64,000 nt of DNA, taken from Octopus sinensis. Taxonomy: Eukaryota. Location: positions 160,766,001 to 160,830,000 of the forward strand of contig NC_042997.1 of the NCBI RefSeq assembly GCF_006345805.1. The letters run 5' to 3'. The position numbers were made by a program, and so were the translations under genes. The notes below the pieces were generated by a model, which had not been told where the DNA came from, ran no database searches, and was given only the letters and a program-made list of their open reading frames with translations. Numbering within the stretch: position 1 is the stretch's first letter; each line of letters starts with the position of its first letter. Below, piece after piece: positions 25,846 through 40,718 of this stretch.

Positions 25846-27114
25846 TGTTTCTTTATTAGCCACACAGGGCTGCACACAGATAGAACAAATTTACAAGGTA
25901 GAGCTTTTCTTTTGAAGGTTTAAAAAAAAAAAAAGGAAGGGGGAGTTTCGATCAAAAGGGATCGTAAAAGGAGAGAAGAGGACAAAAAAAAGGGGGGTTA
26001 AAAAAAAGGGAGAGAGCAAGAAAAAAAATTGATCAATAGGGATCGTTATCACAGAAATGTCAATATGAAGTGTAAAGGTGAGGACAGGTGAGGTTTACCC
26101 GTGGAAAGAAAAGCCTACGGAAAAGACCACGGTAACCTCGGTCAATGGAGTCACATGTTATATTTCTTTTTTTTTTTTTTTGCAAATAAGCAACTCTCTG
26201 TTTTCAATTTCTGGGTTCATCGATCATGCTCAGGTGGCTTCGTCATTCATACGTGCCATTCTTGCTACATTCACCCATCTTTTTTTAAAACATTCGCTAG
26301 ACAAAACTTGCCTCTCTACTCTCACTTTCCTTTTCAAGTGGTACTTGAAGAAGTTGATGAGAGATTGACCAGAGAGGAAAGTGTTTGTCTCCAATCCTTT
26401 CAGACGTCGTCCACCAGATACATTCTTTCGCCATAGCCACAAGGATGATGAAAATAGCTCTTCCTTCCCGTTGAAGGAGGGAGGCGTGAAATATTAACGA
26501 TAGACTCAGCTGATAAACCCGACTCGTCCCACACGTGACAGCAGTTGTTCGACACAAGCCCACAGGTCGGAAATTGTTGGACACTGCACGAGTGCGTGCA
26601 GAACGGTTTCGTCGCTCTGACCGCATCTCGGGCAGGTCGGCCCCGTGTTTCTCGAGCCGTGTCTGTAGAGCTTATCCCGAACGGGTAGCGCTTCTCGGTA
26701 GCACTGCCAGGCCAGGGATCTCTGGAAGTTGTCCATGGGTCCTGGCCCGAAAGTCGTCCCTGAACAGGCGGGTCAGGTACTCCTCGTCGACGTCCAGGTT
26801 CGCCCCGAGCTCGTCGTCGTACCTCCCTCCACTAAACCCTATAGAATGCTTTGGTTGTGTTGAAGTCACTCAAGGTCGACCCGGACGGCAGAGTTGCTTG
26901 AGAGCAACGCGACACTCGCGTGCCATTCGCCCTTCTTCGGCCTCTTTTTGATCCACGACTGCAGTTCGGTCATGGAGACGAGCTGCGGGAAGCGTGCCTC
27001 ACAAACGGCGACCACACCTGTTCACCGTCGTCTACATAGAGCCAGAGATGTCGCAGTCTCAGCGCGTGTCTGCGCATCATCAACCACGGCATGCCCAGCC
27101 CTCCTTTTAACGGG
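25846..27114 (-). mobile_element. 5'-truncated Tx1/L1-clade LINE (zf-RVT-like CCHC region, 3'UTR, AATAAA) between two (GATA)n arrays
   Basis: AWQCYREALPVRDKL..TCPRCGQSDETVLHALVQCP..LW is a CX2CX8HX4C motif of L1/Tx1 ORF2; frameshifts are present. Confidence 0.8.
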
Positions 27115-27261
<147 letters not shown>

Positions 27262-27724
27262 CTACATGCATACATACATACACACATACATACATTCATA
27301 CATACATACATACACACACACAGCATGTAGCTTATTGGTTAGTCTGTTGCTCTCACGATCGCTAGATCATGGGTTCGTTTCCCAGACAGTGCAGTGCGTT
27401 GTATTCTTGGGCAAAACACTTCATTTCACGTTGCTCAGTCATGCCAGTGGTGTAGCGTCATTCGAAGGCTAAAACGATACAAAGCGCACTGTGACTAGCA
27501 ACGTATACTCTTATACTCTGGTTGATTTCATTATCAGATGATATATATAACATACAGTAACAAAGTTTCGTACGCTCGTCACAGGAAACTGGCTTGTCAG
27601 GCTACGGCGACCAGATTCCAGTAATGAGCCTACAAAACAGTAATAAAATGCTTTCGCTACATACCAACACTCAACTGAGTCTTCCTAATCTACAGTAAGC
27701 TCGACTGTGCTTCCTCGACTCTCT

Positions 27725-27939
27725 CTTTACTCTTTTACTTCTTTCAGTCATTTGACTGCGGTCATGCTGGAACACCGCCTTTAGTCGAGCAAATCGACCC
27801 CAGGACTTATTCTTTGTAAGCCTAGTACTTATTCTATTGGTCTCTTTCGCCGAACCGCTAATTTACGGGGACGTAAACACACCACCATTGGTTGTCAAGC
27901 GATGTTGGGGGGGACAAACACAAACAAACATATACACAA

Positions 27940-27984
<45 letters not shown>

Positions 27985-28143
27985 CAACGGGCTTCTTTCA
28001 GTTTCCGTCTACCAAATCCATTCACAAGGTTTTGGCCGGTCCGAGGCTATAGTAGAAGACACTCGCCCAAGGTGCTACGCAGAAGGACTGAACCCGGAAG
28101 CATGTAGTTGGTAAACAGGCTACTTACCACATACCCACTCCTG
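27725..28143 (-). mobile_element. Long SINE family copy
   Basis: Colinear with 550-951. Confidence 0.85.
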
Positions 28144-28555
28144 TAGTAAGAAGTTTACTTTTCCCAACCACATCGTTCTTGGTTCAGTTCCAGTGTGCGG
28201 TATCTTGGGCAAGTGTCTTCTACTATAGTATCGGGCCGACCAAAGCCTTGGGAGTGGATTTGGTAGACGGAAACTGAAAGAAGCCCGTCGCATATGTGTG
28301 TGTGTTTGTGTATGTGTGCGTGTGAATGTATATGTGCGCGCGCGTGTCTTCGTGTTTGTCCACCACCGTTTGACGAACGGTGTTAGTGTGTTTACGTCAC
28401 CGTAACTAAACGCTTCACTAAAAGGAACCGATAGAATAAGTAGCAGACTTTTAAAAGATTAAATACTGGAGTCGATTCATTTGACTAAAGATTTTTCAAG
28501 GAGGTGCTCCAGCATGACTGCAGTCTAATGACTGAAACAAATAAAAGATATAAGA
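28144..28555 (+). mobile_element. Long SINE family copy, more diverged, head-to-head with 27725-28143
   Basis: CCAACCACATCGTTCTTGGTTCAGTTCC head through the TGACTGAAACAAATAAAAGA tail. Confidence 0.75.
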
Positions 28556-28953
28556 TTAAAGATTTAAATGATTAAGGAAGTAAATTTGAAGCAGACATAT
28601 TTGATTGAACTTGTATAAATTCTTTCGTCCATTTTGAAATGAGAAATTGAGTTTTCAGGCTTAAAGAACCTATTTTTTAGCTTGTTTGTTGCTTTGGTAA
28701 CGTGCGGCAGACATAACGTTAATGTATTCTGATAAAGTTACTTTCTATGGAAAACGACTGATTGAAGAAGTTAGAACATTCCCACATAAGAAAGAGATAG
28801 GGAGAAAGAATGAAAAGTAAAAGAAGGAATGAAGAAAGGAGAGGAGAAAAAGAATAAAACATATAGAGAAATAAAGAAAAAACAAAAAAGAAAAGAAAAG
28901 GAAAGGCTCCCTGAATAATCTAATATAAGGGAAAGAAACGAACCGAAGGAGGA

Positions 28954-29030
<77 letters not shown>

Positions 29031-30721
29031 ATGAATGAAAACGAAAAAATGTCAGTTCCAAAACCAAAATAGGATAAAAATGTTTTCGGCTTAGCATTAA
29101 AGCATATTTTTTTTTAACATGGTCAAAGAGTTTGGAAAATGAAGTTAGGAAAGAAGATAGATTCGGAAATCGTAAAAGAGGCGTATATTTTTGATCAGAA
29201 GAAAATAACAATGAAAGCAAAAATATATAGGTTAGTTTTCGAGTTGAGGAATTGAACTGTATAATCAATCTAAGATATAAAGATCCAAAACCTAAGGAGA
29301 AAATTGGGCAAACTTTCACAATCTTCGATTTCCTGAAAATCTTCATTTTCCATCAGTCTTCCATATTACCGAAAAATCTGATTACCATAGACGTATAGGC
29401 ATTTAAATATGAATAGGAACATCTGGTTGGTGTAATTACTAGTAAATAGAGTAGACGCCAAGATTTAAAACACAATATTTGAAATGTGGCCATTACAAAT
29501 ACTGTCAGCTAAACTGAGAGCGATAGTTGGTTATGTCGGTATAAAGGAATAAAAAAAAGAACAAGATTTTAGAGTTATTTGTATAGTTAACTTACTGTAT
29601 ATTACAAGACATTGTGTATAGATTCCACGTATTTTAGAAGACAACCGAGAAGAATATGCAACGCGGTCGCTCGATCAGCGAGTAATAGCAACTAAATCTC
29701 CTTCAAATTGAGAGACAGAGAGAGAGAGAGAGAGATAGAGAGAGACAGAGAGAGACAGACAGAGACAGACAGACAGAGACAGAGATAGACAGACAGAGAG
29801 TGTATATCTATCTATAGCTTCTATATATATATATGTATATGTATATGCATGTATATACGCATATATACATATACACACATACACACACGCACACGCACAT
29901 ATATATATAATATATATTATATATATATATATATATATACATACACACACACACACATATATATACACATAGAATGCTTTGATAAGAAAGTATGTCTGAT
30001 TATGCTTGACTTATGGCCTAACAACAGCTCAAACATGTGTTTTCGTATATGCGTTTCTGTATCTATATATGTATTCTGTTTTAATTATTTAAAGTCTTCC
30101 TGTAAGGAAGGATCTGATTTCTAGAAAAGACACAAGTCCCGTTGTTGAAATGTAGATAAAACCCATGTCACATGTCGAATTTGAGAAAAGTCTTGCATAT
30201 TTTCATAGTTCCTTCTACAGATTGCGTTTGTAATGTGCGTGTTTGTTGGTTCATTTCTTTTACTGAAAACCCTAACTTTTCCAGATTGTCACTTCGGTAT
30301 TTGCGCACAAAACCAAGCTCGCCGATTATTATTGATGCAAATGTAAATTCATAATCTGAGTATAGAAGTTGGGAGTTTTTAAGCAGTTGTCCGTACTTAT
30401 CCTCTTTAGCTTAGATTCTCCAATATATATTCATCTTAGTAGGGCTAGTGTTATCCCAAACAACAATATCCGATTATTATGTTTGCGCTGGTAGAGGTTT
30501 TAATGGAAATGTTCCACCAATATTTCTTGTATTGATGCTTAGGTATGCATTAAATAAATTCTCTATATATTTATTCTACGGACTGTCATTTTTTCAGATG
30601 GCATTGTATATAGTTTCAAAACGACGTCATGTCGCATTGGGAGGTAATACCTTGGTTACATTTTTGAGCAGCCGCTAATCACATGAGTGATGTCACCCGG
30701 AGAAATGGGATATATTCTCTT

Positions 30722-31124
30722 TTATTCTCTTTTATTCTCTTTTACTTGTTTCAGTCATTTGACTGCGGCCATGCTGGAGCACCGCCTTTAGTCGAGCAAA
30801 TCGACCCCAGGACTTATTCTTTGTAAGCCCAGTACTTATTCTATCGCACTCTTTTTTGCCGAACCGCTAAGTGACGGGAACGTAAACACACCAGCATCGG
30901 TTGTCAAGCAATGCTAGGGGGACAAACACAGACACACAAACACACACACACATATATACATATATACGACAGGCTTCTTTCAGTTTCCGTCTACCAAATC
31001 CACTCACAAGGCATTGGTCAGCCCGGGGCTATAGCAGAAGATACTTGCCCAAGATGCCACGCAGTGGGACTGAACCCGGAACTATGTGGTTGGTTAGCAA
31101 GCTACTTACCACACAGCCACTCCT
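30722..31124 (-). mobile_element. Long SINE family copy
   Basis: Colinear with 550-951. Confidence 0.85.
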
Positions 31125-31482
31125 AAATTTTTGGTTGAATTTGGAGCTCCAAGATCATCACTGTCTCATTTGTCCATTTCTTATTTTGAATCAATTTCCT
31201 GCTCTTGGATTACAAATCCATAACCTAGAATGTATGTTTTATCTTTTATCGTTTACTTGTTTCAGTCATTAGACTGTGGCCATGCTGGAGCACCGTTTTG
31301 AAAAAAAATTTAGTTGAATATATCGACCCCAGGATGTATGTTTTAAAGCCTGGTACTTATTCTATCGATTCCTGTTGCCAAACCACTGTGTAACGGGGAC
31401 ATAGACACACCAGCACTGGTTGTTAAGTATGTAACTCCCAATAAATGCGTTAAGTGCCATTCTTTCGTTTGTCTACTCACTC

Positions 31483-31553
<71 letters not shown>

Positions 31554-31638
31554 TATATATATATACATACATATATATATATATACATACATACATACAT
31601 ACATACATACACACACACACGCACACACGCACACACAC

Positions 31639-31680
<42 letters not shown>

Positions 31681-32321
31681 TCTTTATATATATCCTTCAT
31701 TCTCATCACTTTCCCTCCTCTTTCACCTCCCTTGTACCTTACTCTGTCCCTTTTCTTTCTTTTTCTCTCTTTCTCGTCTCTCCCTAATTCTTCAATCTCT
31801 CTGTCCCCTATCTCTCTGGCCTTTCTTGGTTCGGCTGCCATCTGTGTAGCATCTCTTACATTCCTTCCCATGACTTTCATGTCCCTGCCGTAAGGCTTCA
31901 CTTCTACACACGCCAGTTTAATTTAATTCGTCCTTAGTCGAAAGACGCCTGTTGTTAATGTCTTGTTTATATTTGTAATTGTGTACCATCTATCCGTTTT
32001 TTTTTCGTCCTTGTTTTCGTATACATTAGCTTGCTTTCTTCCAAAGAATCTAATGCTCTTAGCTTAGATTTTCTTGGGGCCGGCAAAATTGGAGCATTCT
32101 CGAGTGTAACCAGCCGAAACTGCAGAGATGATCTGGAACTCGACTGACGATAGAAAGCCCAGAATTACCCGTTCTTACTTTTTTCCCGTCTTTCTTTGTA
32201 TCGTCTAACTGTCCGTATGTTTTGCTGTCGCCTGTTACCTTCTTGTTCCATTTTATATATATATATATACATACATACATACATATAGCGGCGTACGTAC
32301 ACTTTTGGTCTCATATACATA

Positions 32322-32364
<43 letters not shown>

Positions 32365-32365
32365 C

Positions 32366-32445
<80 letters not shown>

Positions 32446-32916
32446 CATTTATACACACATACATATATGACATACTTGTTTCAGTTTCCGTCTACCAAAT
32501 TCACTCACATGTCGTTGGTCGGCCCGGTGCTATAGTAGTAGAAGACAATATAGTAGAACCTCAAGGTTCCTCGCAGTGGGACTGAACCCGGAACCATGTG
32601 GTTGGGGAACAAGCTTCTTACCACAGAGCTACACCTGCGCCTGTACGCATATATATATATGTATGTTTGTTTGTATGTGTGTATATATATTTGTCTGTTT
32701 GTCAGCCTGTATGCATGTATGTATGTATGCATTATGTATGTATGTACGTATGTGTGAATGTATGAATGCATGCATATATGTGAGAGTATGTAGCTATGTA
32801 TGTAAGCATGTATGTGTGTATGTAAGCTTGTATGTATGTATGTGCGCATATGTATGTATGTATGTATGTATGAATGTATGTATGTATGTATGTATGTATG
32901 AATGTATGAATGTATG

Positions 32917-32949
<33 letters not shown>

Positions 32950-33691
32950 CGGAGTCTCTGTCGACAGTGCTATAAACATACCCAGGATGAATAAATAAGT
33001 CCGAAAAAAAGATATGGTAATGCCATGATATATCCGACTGAAAAATTTCACAGTGACTCACAGTTACCGTTTCCTTGCAAAATGTTAAATCAGTCTTTTT
33101 TTATTTATTTATTCTTTTATTGTGTTATGGATTTCCTTTCAACAAGTTGCAAATTTAGTTGCTGGTTTCAAATTATATCTTTGAATGAGAGAGGGTTGTA
33201 TATACATAATCAATCGATTAAAACCTTGTAAATATTCGAATTTCAAAAGAAATATTGGTACCGCCATAGAATATCATCAATAACAAATAAGAGACCATTA
33301 AGTTTTACAGTATCATCAATATTATTGATTAAACCAAAAACAAAATTGTGATATGAATCTCCTTTTTGCTTTTCTTTTTTTATTTTTTATTTTATTTTTT
33401 TGTTTTGTTCAATATTTTAGCGCTAAGAAAGTTTGTCTGTCTTACAGTCTAAATATTATTAAATGTCTTTCCAGAAGATGCGTAAAATACGAATAATGGA
33501 TGTGCCAGTGACGTTACGTCCCATATAATACGGCCTATAAATGATATATCATTATATATTTTATTTTTGAGATCTATAGCGGTTGAATAAATATTGGAAT
33601 ATGTTTGGCAATATATCAGCGAGGGACAAATAGTTGGTACTAACAGAATAGTGCTCTATTCTAAGTTCCGGATTAAAAAAGCTGAAGTTTT

Positions 33692-33728
<37 letters not shown>

Positions 33729-33825
33729 CACTTGGCTACATTTATAAAAAAAAAGTTGTATTCGTTCTCTTGATACGCACATACATATTAATGATTGTTT
33801 TCTATGTGTGTGTGTGTGTGTATAC

Positions 33826-33856
<31 letters not shown>

Positions 33857-33866
33857 TATATGATTA

Positions 33867-34758
33867 CTAGCTGACGTAGCCGGTAATTCGCGGGGAAGCG
33901 GGGCTTATCCCTTGGTTCCGTTCTCATAATTGTTTCGCTAATCCAATAGCAACAATACAAAGTATGTAGCCCTTAAAACGGTTTTTGTGCATTTACAGGG
34001 AATACCGAACTGTCTTACACAGGGTCTTGTTTTTAGGAATTCCCCATAAGTTATGAATACCCAAATTGTGGAGTCAATTATGTGTTAACAGGAAATTAGT
34101 TACCCGATAGTAAGAATTCAAATAAAGTAGCCCCGAAAATGGTTTTAATGCGTTCCTAGAGTATATAGAATATAGGAGGAAATACTAATAAGGTATGTTT
34201 ACTAAAATCGAGAAGCTTGTTATGTAATAACAGGTTAATCAGATATGAGATAACAATTCAAGGTAAATAACTCTGAAAAGGGCTTTCGTGCGTTCCCAGA
34301 GAATATAGCACCAGGGGCTCTAGTGTTGGTATATTCGTGAATAAGCCACTAACGGAAATAAGTGGATCTATTGTTTAGGAAAATACTATTTACTTGTTTA
34401 AGGGTTGTACTGGACAAATTACGAAAATAACTCTAACAGTTCAAATACAAAGGAATAAGCGTACTCAATTTGATTTATAGCAAATAATTTAGAAAATCGC
34501 TATGTATAAGGACCCCTTCCAGGGGCGAATGGATTATTTCCCTTGGATTTTAAAATAAAATATATTAGATATATATAAGGATCCTTCCAGGAACCCTATT
34601 ATCGATTTTTTCAACAATCTGAGTATGCCATGAGGTTTCCAGATATGAGTTCTACTCACGTATCAAATTTCATCAAAATCGATAAAACAATGTAAGAGGA
34701 GTTAGCTAACAACTCCACAAACACATCCACAGACAGAATTTCCCACAAATGTAGTAGA
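33867..34758 (-). mobile_element. Non-autonomous Helitron (892 bp)
   Basis: Minus strand reads A|TCTACTAC...GC-rich subterminal segment...CAGCTAG|T, i.e. 5'-TC, 3'-CTAG and an A|T target with no TSD. It contains diverged internal repeats of about 140-160 bp. Confidence 0.7.
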
Positions 34759-34855
34759 TTATTGGGATGTAGATTGCCTATATTATGTGTACTAGGGGTT
34801 TATAGTGTCTGTCAAATCACAAGAAGGACCTCAGACAGAGAGTACTTTACGTAGT

Positions 34856-35810
<955 letters not shown>

Positions 35811-35833
35811 TTGTTATTATTATATTATTATTA

Positions 35834-35901
<68 letters not shown>

Positions 35902-35918
35902 TATTATCATTATTTAGA

Positions 35919-35979
<61 letters not shown>

Positions 35980-36643
35980 CCAAACATTGAATTGACGTAT
36001 CACTGTAGAGTAGAGTATTTATTTTTACAAGAAAAAGTTTGGCAGTTAACTGCAGCGTAGCAAGAGATAGGAAAGGGGAGGTCCACCCAAGGTGAAAGTT
36101 TTATGGGGCTGGCACTTCTGGGTCTGCTGTATAAGTCTATATACGGTCAGTCGTCCGGGAGCTCAAATGGTCCGCAAACTCAAAGGCTGTCCCCGGCGGC
36201 GTACACTGTCAGTTACTTCAAAGTTTAGGTTTAGTAGTCATCCTCAGGCATATATACATATCATTTGAGGAATTTTCAATTTATTCCTATGACAATAATT
36301 GTAAGAATATATTGAAGTGACAAATATATATGTTGTACCAACATAATATTGTTGGATATGTTAAAGTGAAGTACAGAAACTTGAACAACACACCAATATA
36401 ATGAGAAGTTCTTTCATATATTTTCATAAACCTAATTGGTCTATCCAAGAGTGTTACATCGCTAAACTTAGAGGTTATTTAAGTAATGTATTCGTGCATA
36501 GCTAATGAGTTGGTTGTGACACTGAAGAAGGAACAATAACTCTTGAAATATGCATATACGTTCCTTACATCAACACAGGTTATCAAGTGGTGACAGTGGT
36601 GGTGGACAAACACAGACAAATACACACACACACACACACACAC

Positions 36644-36965
36644 ATGGCTCAGTGGCTAGAGTATCAGGCTTGCAATCATGAGATTTTGAGCTCGATTCCC
36701 GGACTGGGTTGTGTGTTATGTTCTTAAGCAAGATCCTTTATTTCACGTTGTTTCACTTCACACATCTGTGGAAAGGAGTTGCAACGTCACTGGTGCCTAG
36801 CTCTATCGGCCATGATCTTTCCCTTGGGTAACATCGATGCCGTAGAGAGGAGAAGCTGGTATGCATGGATGACTGCTGGTCTTCCACAAACAACCTTGCC
36901 CAGACTTGTGCCCCGGAGGGGAACTTTCTAGGTGCAATCCCATGATCACGTGTGACCGATGGGCG
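36644..36965 (+). mobile_element. tRNA-derived SINE, further family
   Basis: A-box-like TGGCTCAGTGG, B-box-like GAGCTCGATTCC, then a CORE-like GTTCTTAAGCAAGATC segment. Confidence 0.6.
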
Positions 36966-38339
36966 TTTTTACATTAACTGAAGGGCCACTCAAAACATAC
37001 AAATAGGGTATCACGTTTATTTTTTACAAGGAAAAAGTTAAACAATGACTTCGTAGATTTACCAATCATTGGCTTCGTGAGGCTATTAAATTGAAGCTAT
37101 TTTGGTGAGTCTTGTGCGTGGGCCTTTTGGTTGTTATATAGGTACTGTTTAATAGTGTACTTCTGTGACATAAAACAGAACAGCTCTATGGACTGTTTAA
37201 GTGAGTGATTAATAAGATAATTCATATAATTAAGTTATTGTATGTTAATATATTAAGTTAAAGCTAAGACGTTTCAGTAAAAGCACATAGAAAGGCGATG
37301 TGGGTGAGGAAGAAGATGGAGGATGAGGAAGAAGAGGAGGCACTGAATGAATGAGCTTTAGGTCAAAAACACTTAACCTGTGACTATTTCGTTTTGTATT
37401 CAGGAATAGTTTACCTCACGTTCCATTATCCAATGTTTCATTTGGGCATGAGGGGATGCATGGTATAGTGTTAGGAAGATTTGACTACTATTTATAGCGG
37501 ACCGAAGGACCATGTAAAAACCATCTTGGATGGCGTACAATTTTTATATGATTCTCTTATAACAAATATCTGAAATTTGAAGACGAGTGCCTTTTTTCAA
37601 ACCGGAAGTTGGGAACACTGAGACTAAATTAGGTTCATATAACTGAACTTACACCCTTACACACTGATGGATAACAGATATACCCTTGTTCTGACCAAGA
37701 CTTCACAATATTATGGTGTAGATCCATTTAGTCTCCCTTAGCTAAGGACTTGAATAATTGTTTATGTTTTGGTCGTTACTGCTGTGGCTGTTGTTTATTT
37801 AGTTGTTATTTGCCTTAGGTCAATCTTGATCTAGCAGATGAAATGTATTCCAGTCATGGCCATCCCGTATTTTTTCAAGCTTCTATGACTAAATTTTCCA
37901 AGGTGTATCTCTTTTTTTTAAGAAGTAGAAGGGGATATAAGAAACATTTAGCTGTTATTTTTAGCCGATCGATCAACAATGTACAGGCTTTCTTCATGAC
38001 TCATTGCGACGGTAATGGAATGTTAAATGATTTTACATTGACGAAAGAGTAGAAGCGATCATGATTGTAAATTACTGACGAAATCGTTTAGTCCATAAAA
38101 AGGGTCGATAACGAGATAAGGGGGAAAATCTATAAATCTATAGTCATTCGGTGTTCAGCTAAGTAAAATCAATACGAAATATTATAGCAACAAAGTTATT
38201 ATTTTAAATGATTAGAGTGATAGAGATATCTTTAAAAGTTTAAAGACCGCCATAATAAGAACATAGTGATGGTGTAATGGAGATTATGTTATGTTTTATG
38301 GTATAAATTTATGTATGTTTTGCTATATTATAAAACAAT

Positions 38340-40017
38340 GTTTATTACATGAAGCTATGGCCGTTTATATGCATGCATGTATGTATATACATACACACAC
38401 ACACACACACACACGCACACACACATATAGGAAGCGGTGGTTTGTTTTACACTTAGCCAGAAAGCTATAGTCTGTTGTATATAGTTCCGAAGCTATGGTC
38501 TGCTGGATATAGCTATCAAGCTACAGTCATTTATTTATTACTACTACGATATGGTCCGTCGTGTATAGCCATGAAGTTATGAACTGCTGTATATATAGCT
38601 ATCACGCTATAGCCATTTATATTTAGCAGTGAAGTTACGGTCTGTTGTACGAAGCCATATTCTGTTGAATGAATCAGGGTTTTATTTTATAATGATATGT
38701 TTTATTTATGAAACTGTTTTGTTGCAAGAAACTATATTTTTGTAACAATGGAGCTCTATACTTTATCATGTGAAACTATGTTTTGTTTTTGAGGCTCAGT
38801 TTTGTTGCTGAAGCTATGTTTGTTATGTAAAGTTACGTTTTCTTCTGTGAAACTATTATGTTATATGAAGCTATGTTTTGTTGTGTGAAGATATTTTATG
38901 TCTATGAAGCTGCATTTCGTAGAAACTATTGTTTATTCGATAAACCTATATTTTGTTTTAAGCAGTTACGGTTTGTTGCAAGAAACTGCTTCACTATATG
39001 AAACTCTTGTCTGAAGCTCTGATTGTGTAGTACTGTTGTATGTAGCTATAGTTTGTTGTACATTATGCTTTGTGGTGTGGAGCTATACGATTTGCTCTGT
39101 GAAAAATGATATTCTTTTCTTTTGTGAAGCTGTGGTTATTGAAATGAGAATTTGTTATGTGAAGATAAATTTTGTGTTATAAACCTATGTTCTGTTATGT
39201 GAAACTATATCTGTTGTATGCAACAATGGTTTGTCGTATCAAACAGCTGTTGTAGATAGTCAAACCTGTTTCTCTACTAACATACGTAGAAATTAAGGTG
39301 GCGAGCTGGCAGAATCGTTAGCACGCCGGGGAAAATGCTTAGCGGTATTTCGTCCGTTCTGAGTTCAAACTCCGCCGAGGTCGACTTTGCCTTTCATTCT
39401 TTCGTGGTCAATAAATTAAGTACCAGGGAAACACTGGAGTCGATGTAATCGACTAAATCCCTCCCCCAACCCAAATTTTCCCTTGTGCCTAAGGAATATA
39501 AAAGGAATATACGTAAACATTATTTTATTATCAAGTATCACGCTGTTGTCATTGATTCAGATATTAGTGACAACTCGCTGATACACACATACACAATTCT
39601 ACCAGTTACTCGATATATAAAGTTGCGTCTTTTGCGTGGTTCGGTTTTTTGTTGCTTTGTATTTCCTTTAAATCAAAAAGTGCCAAGCTATCTAGTAAAT
39701 ATTATATACTGACACCTGTCCCATTGATTTTTTGTATGGAAGCTACGATCTGTTGTATGATGCTATCTTTTACTGTTTAAAATTATGGTTAATTGTATGA
39801 AGTTCTGCCAGATACAGAAAGCTAAGTGTAGCTGTATGAGATTATATTTGTTGTTAATTTGTTGCGAGAATCTCTCTGTTTCTCTCTGTCTGTCTGTCTT
39901 GTCTCTCCCTCTTTCATTCATTCACTCACTCACTCACTCACTCTCACCCTCTCTCCTTCACTCTTTATCTCCCCCCTCTCCCTCTCTTCCTCTCTTTCCT
40001 CCTCTCGCTCTTTCTTT

Positions 40018-40054
<37 letters not shown>

Positions 40055-40400
40055 TGTGTTAGTGTATTGTGTGTGTAAATCAAAACTTTATTTTTATTGT
40101 GTAAAAATTATGGTTTCCTATATGACACTATTGCAACGGCTTGACATCCCGTTTAGGAGGAAAATGCTGTGATCTTGGTCGCATGATCACCATGGAAACT
40201 GGGTAACTGAACCTATGACTCCTAAGACTCATAGGTAACCGGACCTATGAGTCCTAAGTCTCGAGACAGTGATGTTTAGATGTTGACGATGACGATGACG
40301 CACGACGCTATGCTTTGTTATGAGAAGCTGTGTTCTGTCGTATCAAGTTATGCTATATCATATGAAGTTATGATCTGTTTGCGTGAAGCGATGTATATTT
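38340..40400. repeat. Highly degenerate ~20-bp minisatellite (GAAGCTATG..TGTTAT consensus), interrupted by a SINE and unique DNA
   Basis: GAAGCT/GAAACT followed by ATG/GTT recurs roughly every 20 bp over 38340-39260, 39730-39850 and 40100-40400. Confidence 0.7.
39294..39510 (+). mobile_element. Short tRNA-derived SINE family, best-preserved copy
   Basis: AAGGTGGCGAGCTGGCAGAATCGTTAGC (A-box-like), GAGTTCAAACTCC (B box), central GCCTTTCATTCTTTCGTGGTCAATAAATTAAGTACCAG. Confidence 0.8.
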
Positions 40401-40407
40401 TGTGAAG

Positions 40408-40718
40408 GTGCGTGGCTTAGTGGTTAAAGCATTTGGCTCACGATTGTAAGGTCGTGTGTTCAATTCCCGGCGACGCATTGTGTCCTTGAGCAAGACATTT
40501 TCACATTGCTCCAGTCCACTCAGCTGGCAAAAATGAGTTTTACCTGTATTTCAAAAGGCTGGCCTTGTCACACTCTGTGTCACGCTGCATCTCCGAGAAC
40601 TATGTTAGGGGTACACGTGTCTGTGCATTGCTCAGTCACTTGCAATTTAATTTCATGAGCAAGCTGTCCCGGTGATCGTATCAGCTGGGACCCTCGTCGT
40701 CGTAACCGACGGAGTGCT
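40408..40718 (+). mobile_element. tRNA-derived SINE with a CORE-like GTGTCCTTGAGCAAGAC segment
   Basis: TGGCTTAGTGG A-box-like, GTTCAATTCC B box, defined body ending CGTAACCGACGGAGTGC. Confidence 0.75.

Noticed and set aside
39294-40718. tRNA genes suggested by A/B boxes
   Set aside because: The boxes belong to SINE heads that continue into SINE bodies; no cloverleaf with an acceptor stem was found.
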